In this document: piece by piece, positions 30,708 through 38,041 of the stretch
Layout: each line of letters begins with the position of its first letter
Numbering within the stretch: position 1 is the first letter of the stretch
DNA from: Gemmatimonadales bacterium
GTDB lineage: Bacteria; Gemmatimonadota; Gemmatimonadetes; Gemmatimonadales; GWC2-71-9
DNA length: 64,000 nt
Direction: 5' to 3'
Assembly: GCA_036394755.1 (NCBI GenBank)
Contig: DASWEL010000002.1
Coordinates: 73,166-137,165 of the forward strand
Made by a program: the position numbers and the translations under genes
The notes under the pieces: model-generated
What the model saw: the letters and a program-made list of their open reading frames with translations, nothing else
What the model was told of the DNA's origin: nothing
Database searches by the model: none

Positions 30708-31405
30708 CAATGTCCTTTGCGGCGTGCCGCCGCGACTCCAGGCAACGTCTCACGTTTGTGAATCGGCGACGGCGGCGGCGCGCCGCGGGCCACGCGCGCG
30801 ACATGCACCACCCGTTGGATCACCGTGATCGCGGAGACGAGCGCGAGCACCGCCACAATCCAGAACAGCAGGACACCGGGGCGCCCCGGTCCTGCGCCAA
30901 ACGCCAGCGACGGCAGACCGAGCAGCAGAATTCGCTCGGCCCGCGAGGCAATCCCGACTTTGCATTCCACGCCGAGCGCTTCAGCCCGCGCCCGCGTGTA
31001 CGACACCAAGAGTGACGCGACCAGCGCGACCAACCCCGCGGCAATGGCCAGCGATTTCAGCTGGGTCGGTAACGGGCCGGTCAAAAAATAGAAGATCAGC
31101 CCGGTAAAAACCGCCGCCTCGCCGACCCGATCGAGAGTCGAATCGTAGAAGGCGCCGAACGTCGTCATCTTGCCGCCCTGGCGTGCCACCTGCCCATCGA
31201 GGATGTCGAGGGTCCCGCTCAAGAGCAACAGGAGGCCGCCGAGCCGGATCGCGCCGACGCCGAACGCCACGCCGGAGCCGATCACGACCAGGGTGCCCAG
31301 CGTGGTAATCGCATTCGGGTGCACGCCGCCCTGTATCAGGGCACGCGCCAGCGGTCCGGTCAACCTGACAAAACCGTCTTTGACGCGCTGGGGAATGACA
31401 TTCAT
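30707..31405 (-). CDS. CDP-alcohol phosphatidyltransferase (PIP-synthase-like)
   Basis: LDILDGQVARQGGKMTTFGAFYDSTLDRVGE matches D-x2-D-G-x2-A-R-x8-G-x3-D-x3-D; about 6 TM. Confidence 0.85.
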   Translation of the reverse strand: MNVIPQRVKDGFVRLTGPLARALIQGGVHPNAITTLGTLVVIGSGVAFGVGAIRLGGLLLLLSGTLDILDGQVARQGGKMTTFGAFYDSTLDRVGEAAVFTGLIFYFLTGPLPTQLKSLAIAAGLVALVASLLVSYTRARAEALGVECKVGIASRAERILLLGLPSLAFGAGPGRPGVLLFWIVAVLALVSAITVIQRVVHVARVARGAPPPSPIHKRETLPGVAAARRKGH

Positions 31406-31463
31406 TGCCGGGGGGAAGCTAATCTGCGGCGAAAATGACGGGTAGGGCTAACGTCCCTCGAAC

Positions 31464-31586
31464 TCAATCACTCTTCGACGGGCCCGAGAACAGCTTGTAG
31501 ACGACAAAACCGCCCACCTCCCCTTTGGTGCGGGCGTTGTCGACGTCCTTCCTGGTGTAGAGATCGGGAAGATCGGTCTTCGCCAT
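31464..31586 (-). CDS. Micro-ORF, 40 aa, unknown function
   Basis: MAKTDLPDLYTRKDVDNARTKGEVGGFVVYKLFSGPSKSD; high GC3; ATG overlaps VOC stop (TGATG). Confidence 0.4.
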   Translation of the reverse strand: MAKTDLPDLYTRKDVDNARTKGEVGGFVVYKLFSGPSKSD

Positions 31587-31969
31587 CAGGCTGCCGCGAA
31601 GTGCGGGTTCTCGATGAGCCCTATCAGATTCCCAAACGGATCGGCCACCGTCGCTACGCGAATCCCCTCCCCCACATCCTGAATGGGAGACTTGAGCGTG
31701 GCCCCCGCGCGAATAAACTGCTCGACCCCTTTCTCGACGTTCGCGACACCCCAATATGCCACCGAGCCTCCGGGGCCCGGCTTGACGCTCTTGGGATCGG
31801 GATCGAGCCCGAGCTCGTAGCCTCCGATGTTGAAGCCCACGTAGAACGGCTCATCGAAGTACGGTTTGACGCCGAAGGCAGAGCTGTACCACTCCTTGGC
31901 GCGTTTGAGATCGGCAACGTGATAGATCACCGTGCGTAAGCCGAGAACCGTCATCTCACCCTTCTTCAT
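31586..31969 (-). CDS. VOC/glyoxalase-family protein
   Basis: 127 aa; ...LRTVIYHVADLKRAKEWY...GYELGL...VATVADPFGNLIGL... paired beta-alpha-beta-beta-beta pattern. Confidence 0.8.
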   Translation of the reverse strand: MKKGEMTVLGLRTVIYHVADLKRAKEWYSSAFGVKPYFDEPFYVGFNIGGYELGLDPDPKSVKPGPGGSVAYWGVANVEKGVEQFIRAGATLKSPIQDVGEGIRVATVADPFGNLIGLIENPHFAAA

Positions 31970-32275
31970 TTAGCGCGGTCTGATCGTTCCAGTCACCTCG
32001 GCGAGGACGCGGTAGCCCTCCAGACGAGCGGGAATTCTCCTTTTCGTATCGGCGCCCGAGTCGGCGAGAAACACTTTGATGCACCGTTCTCCGTCGCACA
32101 ACCCGATCGCGGTCCCCACGACGCCGGGGAGAGCCATGAGGGAATCGGTATGCGCGGCGAGAACCTCATCGATGCTCCTCGCAGTCACCGTGGCTGTCCC
32201 TCCCCCGCGCTGAGCACCGGAGCACGCGAGTGCCCCGGCCAGCAGTACCAACGCCAACGTGCGTGCTACCATCAC
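31970..32275 (-). CDS. Stand-alone protease-propeptide-like lipoprotein, 101 aa
   Basis: Lipobox LLAGALAC; HTDSLMALPGVVGTAIG...PARLEGYRVLAEVTGTI parallels residues ~85-140 of the upstream protease (HTDALLSIPGVVGTAVT...PGMLEGIPVTQRVTGRL); GTG overlaps protease stop (GTGA). Confidence 0.65.
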   Translation of the reverse strand: MMVARTLALVLLAGALACSGAQRGGGTATVTARSIDEVLAAHTDSLMALPGVVGTAIGLCDGERCIKVFLADSGADTKRRIPARLEGYRVLAEVTGTIRPR

Positions 32276-35200
32276 TGACGCTTCACCGTAACCGAGAAGC
32301 CGTTGCTGCTGCCATCCGGATCATGATTGAGAGCTGACTTGTACACGTACCCCGACAGGGTGAGTGCGGTCACCCCGAACGAGACCATCTTGGTTGAGTT
32401 CGGAAGGTTCGACAGGACGACGCTACACGTTCCCGTCGGACCGGTTACGCACCCCACCTCCGGATTGGATCCGTTCCAGAGGCCGCGCACGCTCGCGCCG
32501 TTCACGAGATTATGCCGGGAATCATGCACGGTAATCTTCACCGTCGCCGACCAGTTGTTCCCGTTGCTCGTGGCAACACCATCGAGATTGCCCACGTGGA
32601 GGTTCGGCGGGTTCACGGTGATGGCGATGGCGCGCGCGTCGTTGCTCGAATTGTTGTCCGCCAGCTTCTGCGTCGCCGTCAGGATGTGACCGTTCGTCGC
32701 GACCCCGGCGGTGTTCCAGTTGATAGTGCGTGTCACGCTCGCACCCGCGCCAATCCCGGTGATCGTCTGCGTTCCAACGGTGATGCCTCCCGCTGTGCCG
32801 TCGGTCAACACAACGTCGAAGCTGGTGCTCACATCCACCCCGCCCAGGTTCTGCACCGTGACCACAACCGGCGCCGTATCGCCCTGCGTCACCTGGGCGG
32901 GCCCCGTGATGGCGGTCAACGCGAGATCGACCGGCTGCGGATTCACGGTGACCGTCGTCGAGCGCTGGTTGTTGGCGCTGTTGTCATCCGTAAAGGTCTG
33001 GGTCGCCACGACCGTGTGACCGCCCAGCGCCGCGCCCGTGGTGCTCCAGCTGAATGAGGGCGTAGCTGTCGCACCGATAGCCAACCCGGTGATGGTTTGC
33101 GTGCCAATCGTCACGCCTGCGGTGGCGTCGGTGAGCACGACGTTGAAACTGCTCGTGACGTTCTGGCCGCCCACGTTCTGAACCGTGACTTGGGCCGTGG
33201 CCGAATTGCCTTGAATCACCGAGCTCGGCGCGCTCACGTCGGTCACGGCGACGTCGATGACCGGGGCGTTCACGGTGACCGTCGCTCCGCCCTGATTGTT
33301 GGCGGCGTTGGCGTCGCTCAAACTGTGGGTCGCCACGAGCCGGTGACCACCCAATGCGGCGCCCGTCGTATTCCAGTTGAACGTGCGAGTCGCGGTGGCG
33401 CCGACGGCGAGCCCAGCCACCGTCTGTGTACCGAGCGTTACGCCTGCCGTCGAGTCGGTCAGGACAACATCAAAGCTGCTGCTGACGTTCAAGCCACCCA
33501 CGTTTTGGACCGTAACCCCAATGGAAGCGGTACTGCCCTGGGTCACCGCGCTCGGCGCAACGACGCTGCTCACGGCGACATCGGTGATTGGCGGGGCCTC
33601 CACAATCACACTGATGCCGACGGTGTTGTTCGCAGGATCGCTATCGGCGAGCCTCACCGACGCGAACAGCGTGTGCCCGGTGACAGCGGCGCCGGCGGTG
33701 TTCCAATCGAACGTACGCGTCACGCTCGCACCCACGGCGAGCCCGGCGATCGTCTGCGTGCCCAGGATCGGACCGCTGAATCCGTCGGTCAACACCACGT
33801 CGAAGTTGGTCGTAACGTCCTGCCCACCGACGTTCTTTACCGTGACCACGATATGTGCGGTATCGCCCTGGTTCACGCGCGCGGGGCCGGTGATGCCCGT
33901 AATGGCGACGTCGGTCCCCGGAGGCGGCGGCGGGGGCGGGGGCGGCGGACCCGGTGGCCCCGGGGCCGTCACGTTGATCGCGATCCCGATGCTGTTGTTC
34001 GAGGAGTTGTCGTCCGGCAGCTTGTTGTTCGCGAAGAGGGTGTGCCCGGTGACAGTCGCTCCGGCGGTGTTCCACAGCATCTCTACCGTGGTCGTCGCCC
34101 CGGCGGCGAGGCTGGGAACTGTCGCCGTCGCGACTACCGGGACGGCCCACCCGTCGCTCAGCTCGATGGTGAAGGGTGAAGTGACATCCACCTCACCCAC
34201 GTTCTGGACCGTGACCACCACGTGCGCCGTATCGCCCTGGGCCACGGAGCGCGGCCCGGTAATACCGGTCACCGCGATATCGAGCGGCTTGGGCGTGATC
34301 GTGACGACGGTGGTGCGCCGATTGTTGGCGGCGTTGTCGTCGGCCAGGGCGTGCGTGGCGACGAGCGTGTGCCCGCCCAGCGCCGCGCCGGTCGTGTTCC
34401 AGCTGAAGACGAGCGTCGTGCTGGTACCTGCGGCGAGCCCGTGGATTGTCTGCGTGCCCAGTGTGACACCGGCGGTCGAGTCCTGCAGGGTGACAGGGAT
34501 GTCACCCGTGACGTTCTGATTGCCGACGTTCGTGACAGTCACGCCGACATTTACGTTGTGCCCGACGATTACCGAGCCGGCTCCACTGAAACTCGTTACC
34601 GCGACGTCGGTGACCGGCGGGTTGACCGTGATCGTCACGAAACGCTGGTCGTTCGTGGCTCTGTCATCGGACCGCGTCTGACGTGCCACCAGGTCGTGAT
34701 CGCCCGTCGTGCCCGGCGTCCAGGAGAATGTCACGGTGGTGCTGGCGCCCGCGACGAGCCCGGAGACGCTCTGCGTGCCGACCGTCACGTGCTCCGTCGT
34801 GTCCTGCAATGTGACGTCGAAGGCGGAGACGTCCTGGTTGCCGACGTTTTTCACGGAGACCGTGACGCTCGACGTACCGCCCTGCACCGCTGAGCTGGGA
34901 CCACTGACGCTCGTCACGGCCAGGTCGGTCAGCGGTCCCGGCGGCGGCGGCGCAAAGCCGTCGATCACGACGCCGAAGCGTTGGAGCACGAGATCGATCC
35001 GGTTGGCGATCGTGACGCTCGCATTGCCGGCGAACAGCAACGCGACGGGGTTGAGATTCGCGTCGTCGGTCACGATGAGCGAGCCCGAGTCTCCGCCGTT
35101 GCTGAACCCGCCCGGCGAGATGATCAACTGGTCCACATAGCGGGCGGTCTTCGTGCACGTGAATCCCGAAACCGCATAGCAGATCGTGACCGTCGCGTTG

Positions 35201-36027
35201 ATGCCCGTGATCTGGCCGTGTGTCAGCCGCGTAGTGCGGCCGTACTTCTGGACGTTCAGGCTGAGCAGCGCGTTGCGGTCATCGAACAATCCGTCACCGT
35301 TCGCGTCGCCGAAGATCGTCGAGTTCGGCGTGCTGTAGCCGTCGTCGGCGGGCGTCGCGTTGTCCAGCACGGCGGTCGTGGAGAGGGCGATGGCGGCATC
35401 GATGGTGTTGGTGCCGTTGGCGGCGAACGAAATAACCTGAAAGTCACTGAGGGTCGCGATCTGATCGGCGGCGGTACCCCCATCAAATGGACCCGGCTGG
35501 TACTCGGGATCGCCGATGCTGGCACCATTCGAGTTGGCGAGGACGTGATTGTTCGAGAGGATGTACACCCGTCCCAGCGCGTCACGCACGCGCGCGCCGA
35601 TCGTACCGGCGGTGATCGCCGGATGTCCCACCGAGAAACCCATGGGCGCGGGGCGCTGGCGCTGCGTGGGATCGCTGAGGGCCATGAGCCGGCCGGTGAC
35701 CCGTTGCGTCACGGGGATCCCCTCGAGCATGCCGGGGAGGCCGGCTATGCCGGCGCGCTCCAGCAGGAGCAGCAGGCCCGGATGTCCGTCGGGATCCACG
35801 GTCACCGCAGTTCCGACGACCCCGGGGATCGAAAGCAACGCGTCGGTGTGATGCCGTTGTGCCGTGATCGCCGCGCGGAGATCGGGAATGAGACGCGTGA
35901 CTGGGAGCGCGGGACCCGCGGGAGAATTCGAAGCGCTGTCGGAGCACGCGTACCAGACGGCGGGCGCGGCAGCAATCAGGACGACGATGGCACCGCGAAC
36001 GAACGCGCGGACGGAGGGTGCAGCCAT
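32272..36027 (-). CDS. Secreted S1 (chymotrypsin-fold) serine protease with pro-domain, seven CARDB-like repeats and a C-terminal beta domain
   Basis: Lipoprotein signal ...AAPAVWYAC; triad contexts YILSNNHVLA, NTIDAAIA, NGGDSGSLIV; 7 x ~108-aa repeats; poly-Pro linker; ATG 36027 has GGGAG 5 nt upstream (track start 36105 is less likely). Confidence 0.85.
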   Translation of the reverse strand: MAAPSVRAFVRGAIVVLIAAAPAVWYACSDSASNSPAGPALPVTRLIPDLRAAITAQRHHTDALLSIPGVVGTAVTVDPDGHPGLLLLLERAGIAGLPGMLEGIPVTQRVTGRLMALSDPTQRQRPAPMGFSVGHPAITAGTIGARVRDALGRVYILSNNHVLANSNGASIGDPEYQPGPFDGGTAADQIATLSDFQVISFAANGTNTIDAAIALSTTAVLDNATPADDGYSTPNSTIFGDANGDGLFDDRNALLSLNVQKYGRTTRLTHGQITGINATVTICYAVSGFTCTKTARYVDQLIISPGGFSNGGDSGSLIVTDDANLNPVALLFAGNASVTIANRIDLVLQRFGVVIDGFAPPPPGPLTDLAVTSVSGPSSAVQGGTSSVTVSVKNVGNQDVSAFDVTLQDTTEHVTVGTQSVSGLVAGASTTVTFSWTPGTTGDHDLVARQTRSDDRATNDQRFVTITVNPPVTDVAVTSFSGAGSVIVGHNVNVGVTVTNVGNQNVTGDIPVTLQDSTAGVTLGTQTIHGLAAGTSTTLVFSWNTTGAALGGHTLVATHALADDNAANNRRTTVVTITPKPLDIAVTGITGPRSVAQGDTAHVVVTVQNVGEVDVTSPFTIELSDGWAVPVVATATVPSLAAGATTTVEMLWNTAGATVTGHTLFANNKLPDDNSSNNSIGIAINVTAPGPPGPPPPPPPPPPGTDVAITGITGPARVNQGDTAHIVVTVKNVGGQDVTTNFDVVLTDGFSGPILGTQTIAGLAVGASVTRTFDWNTAGAAVTGHTLFASVRLADSDPANNTVGISVIVEAPPITDVAVSSVVAPSAVTQGSTASIGVTVQNVGGLNVSSSFDVVLTDSTAGVTLGTQTVAGLAVGATATRTFNWNTTGAALGGHRLVATHSLSDANAANNQGGATVTVNAPVIDVAVTDVSAPSSVIQGNSATAQVTVQNVGGQNVTSSFNVVLTDATAGVTIGTQTITGLAIGATATPSFSWSTTGAALGGHTVVATQTFTDDNSANNQRSTTVTVNPQPVDLALTAITGPAQVTQGDTAPVVVTVQNLGGVDVSTSFDVVLTDGTAGGITVGTQTITGIGAGASVTRTINWNTAGVATNGHILTATQKLADNNSSNDARAIAITVNPPNLHVGNLDGVATSNGNNWSATVKITVHDSRHNLVNGASVRGLWNGSNPEVGCVTGPTGTCSVVLSNLPNSTKMVSFGVTALTLSGYVYKSALNHDPDGSSNGFSVTVKRQ
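32605..34932 (-). repeat. Seven tandem ~324-bp coding repeats (CARDB-like Ig domains) inside the protease gene
   Basis: Each unit reads ...TDVAVTxxxxPxxVxQGxxxxxxVTVxNVGxxxV...LTDxTAGVTLGTQTxxGLAxGAxxTxxFxWNTxGAxxGxHxLxA...; interrupted by PGPPGPPPPPPPPPPG encoded near 33915-33965. Confidence 0.8.
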
Positions 36028-36121
36028 AGCGACTCCCGGTTGAATCCCAAGGGCGCGGGCGCGGGCACCAACAATGGAGGCGCCCGACCGACTCGGCAAG
36101 CTCAACCTGAGACGCGCAGCT

Positions 36122-36799
36122 CTAAGTCTCCTTGTTCGAGGATGTTATCCGTGCGGCAAGAGCTTCCATTTGCCGCTCCCGCAACCGCGCCCAGCGCGGC
36201 AGCCGGAGTGCGCCGCTCGCAATCATTCCGGCACCTGCTGCAGCCATCAGCGCGATGCCAGGAATCGCTTCGCCCAACGTACCCCAGACGGCACCCGAAA
36301 TGACCAGGACGGCGGTGATGCCGAGGACGGCGATTCCCGCACCGATCGAGGCGCGCGCGCCGCCATGCAGGGTCCCGAAGCGCAAGCGGTGACCAGTTTC
36401 GGTTGGCTCGAGCAGCACCTGCAGGTTTCCGTTCGTCCACTGCCGCAGCGAGCCCTCGGAACGCGTGCGGCCGCGCGCGTTGAAAACTTCACGCAATTGG
36501 ACGACGAGACGCTCCCACTCCTCATCGGTGAGCCGTCGGTTGAGATTGACGGTCCGGGCCACGCCGATGGGCAGTCCCAGGAACGTCCGCGACGCCGCGC
36601 CGAAACGCACATCGACGGCTCGAGCAGCTTGGGCGACCGCATCGGAAGGAATGCCGACCTCGCTGCCGATCGCCTGGAGCTCGGCGAGCGTCAACCCTTC
36701 GTCGCGCGCGACCTCGCGCTGCGGACTCTGAGGCCCTTCTTCCGCGGCCGCGCGAAAGATCGCCGCGATCTCTTTGTCGTTGTAGCGTCGCTCGGCCAT
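36122..36799 (-). CDS. Hypothetical membrane protein, 225 aa
   Basis: Soluble N-terminal ~150 aa, then two Gly/Ala-rich TM helices; no family recognised. Confidence 0.6.
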   Translation of the reverse strand: MAERRYNDKEIAAIFRAAAEEGPQSPQREVARDEGLTLAELQAIGSEVGIPSDAVAQAARAVDVRFGAASRTFLGLPIGVARTVNLNRRLTDEEWERLVVQLREVFNARGRTRSEGSLRQWTNGNLQVLLEPTETGHRLRFGTLHGGARASIGAGIAVLGITAVLVISGAVWGTLGEAIPGIALMAAAGAGMIASGALRLPRWARLRERQMEALAARITSSNKET

Positions 36800-36808
36800 G
36801 GCTCTAAT

Positions 36809-38041
36809 CTAGTAAATCAGGTGTTTTGTACGAGTCTCGCGAAATCGCTCCAGGTCACCATCCCACGAATTCCAGATTTCCCGCGCCTGCCGGCCCGCCT
36901 CGAGCGCCATGCGGAGCTCCGGCCCGGCTGCCAGCCGATCGAAGCTCTGCGCGCGAAACTGAAACTCGTCGGGATGCGCCGCCCGAATCGCGACGAGCAG
37001 GGCGACCGCGAGTTTCGTGGGGTCGTAGACCTGACGATCGCGGACCCGCAGCTCGATTCCCTTCAACGCCACGCCGGCGTACTTGCCATCGGTCGGCGCG
37101 ATTGGAGTGAAGCGCGTCGCTCGCACCTCCACTCCGTGAAGCGCCGAGCTGTCGAGACGCGCGATCACACGGTCCGGATCGAGCCACGGCGCACCCAGCA
37201 CGCGAAACGCCGTCGCCGTACCGCGACCAACCGACACATTCGTCCCTTCGAACAAACAGGTACCGGGATAGAGCAACGCGCTCTCGATGTCGGGCATGTT
37301 GGGCGACGGTTTCACCCACGGGAGACCCGTCTGATCGTAGAACAGCGTGCGATTCCACCCCAGCGCGGGCACGACGACAAGATCGGTGCCGATGGCTAAG
37401 GCATCGTTGGCCAAGCGCGCCAGCTCGCCGAGTGTCATGCCATAGCGCATCGCGACAGGCATGAAACCGGAGAAGAGGGAATCGGGATCGCCGGCGCGCC
37501 CGCGCACGTTGCCCTGCACCGCGGTCCCGCCGACGGGATCGGGGCGGTCGAGGACGACGACCCGTTTTCCCGCACGCGTTGCATCGCGCATGAACTGCAC
37601 GGTGGTGGCGATGTAGGTGTAGTAGCGCGCGCCAATGTCCTGCAGGTCGATGAGGAGCACGTCGACCGAATCGACCGCGGCGCGCGCGGCGGTACGCGAT
37701 CCGCCATAGAGACTGTAGATTGGGAGACCGCTGGCGGAGTCCCTGCCGTCCGGAAGTCCCGAGCGATCTTCCGTGCCGCGAAAGCCGTGCTCGGGACTGA
37801 ATAAGACGGTAAGTCGTGCGTCGTGCGTCGTGCGTAACAGATCGACGTCGCGGCGGCCGAGATGATCGACGCCGGTGTTGTTCGTCAGCAGACCGAGTCG
37901 CTTGCCGGCGATGAGGTGTGCCGAATCCGAGAGCAGGACCTCGATGCCGGGCCGAACCTGGGCCGCGAGGGGTGATGGGACGCGTGTTCCGCTGGAACAG
38001 CCAATCCCCAACCCGATCCAAACGAGACGATGCGCGCGCAT
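36809..38041 (-). CDS. namZ: DUF1343 / NamZ-like exo-beta-N-acetylmuramidase lipoprotein
   Basis: MRAHRLVWIGLGIGCSS lipobox; ...GIEVLL...GKRLGLLTNNTGVD...LFSPEHGFRGT... DUF1343 hallmarks; the upstream 289 codons of the 699-aa track ORF are antisense to the GH3 gene. Confidence 0.8.
   Translation of the reverse strand: MRAHRLVWIGLGIGCSSGTRVPSPLAAQVRPGIEVLLSDSAHLIAGKRLGLLTNNTGVDHLGRRDVDLLRTTHDARLTVLFSPEHGFRGTEDRSGLPDGRDSASGLPIYSLYGGSRTAARAAVDSVDVLLIDLQDIGARYYTYIATTVQFMRDATRAGKRVVVLDRPDPVGGTAVQGNVRGRAGDPDSLFSGFMPVAMRYGMTLGELARLANDALAIGTDLVVVPALGWNRTLFYDQTGLPWVKPSPNMPDIESALLYPGTCLFEGTNVSVGRGTATAFRVLGAPWLDPDRVIARLDSSALHGVEVRATRFTPIAPTDGKYAGVALKGIELRVRDRQVYDPTKLAVALLVAIRAAHPDEFQFRAQSFDRLAAGPELRMALEAGRQAREIWNSWDGDLERFRETRTKHLIY
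37813..37835. repeat. Tandem heptamer GTCGTGC x3 (same unit as at 15807)
   Basis: gtcgtgc gtcgtgc gtcgtgc gt inside namZ. Confidence 0.9.

Noticed and set aside
30707-31405. Di-myo-inositol-phosphate (IPCT/DIPPS) pathway as the role of the transferase next to ino1
   Set aside because: The 232-aa protein is only the membrane CDP-alcohol transferase domain. No cytidylyltransferase domain or gene is adjacent, so a lipid (PIP-type) product is more plausible.
32605-34932. Regular ~324-bp periodicity that might suggest a CRISPR or satellite array
   Set aside because: The period is far too long, there is no repeat-spacer structure, and the whole region is one open reading frame encoding Ig-like protein repeats.
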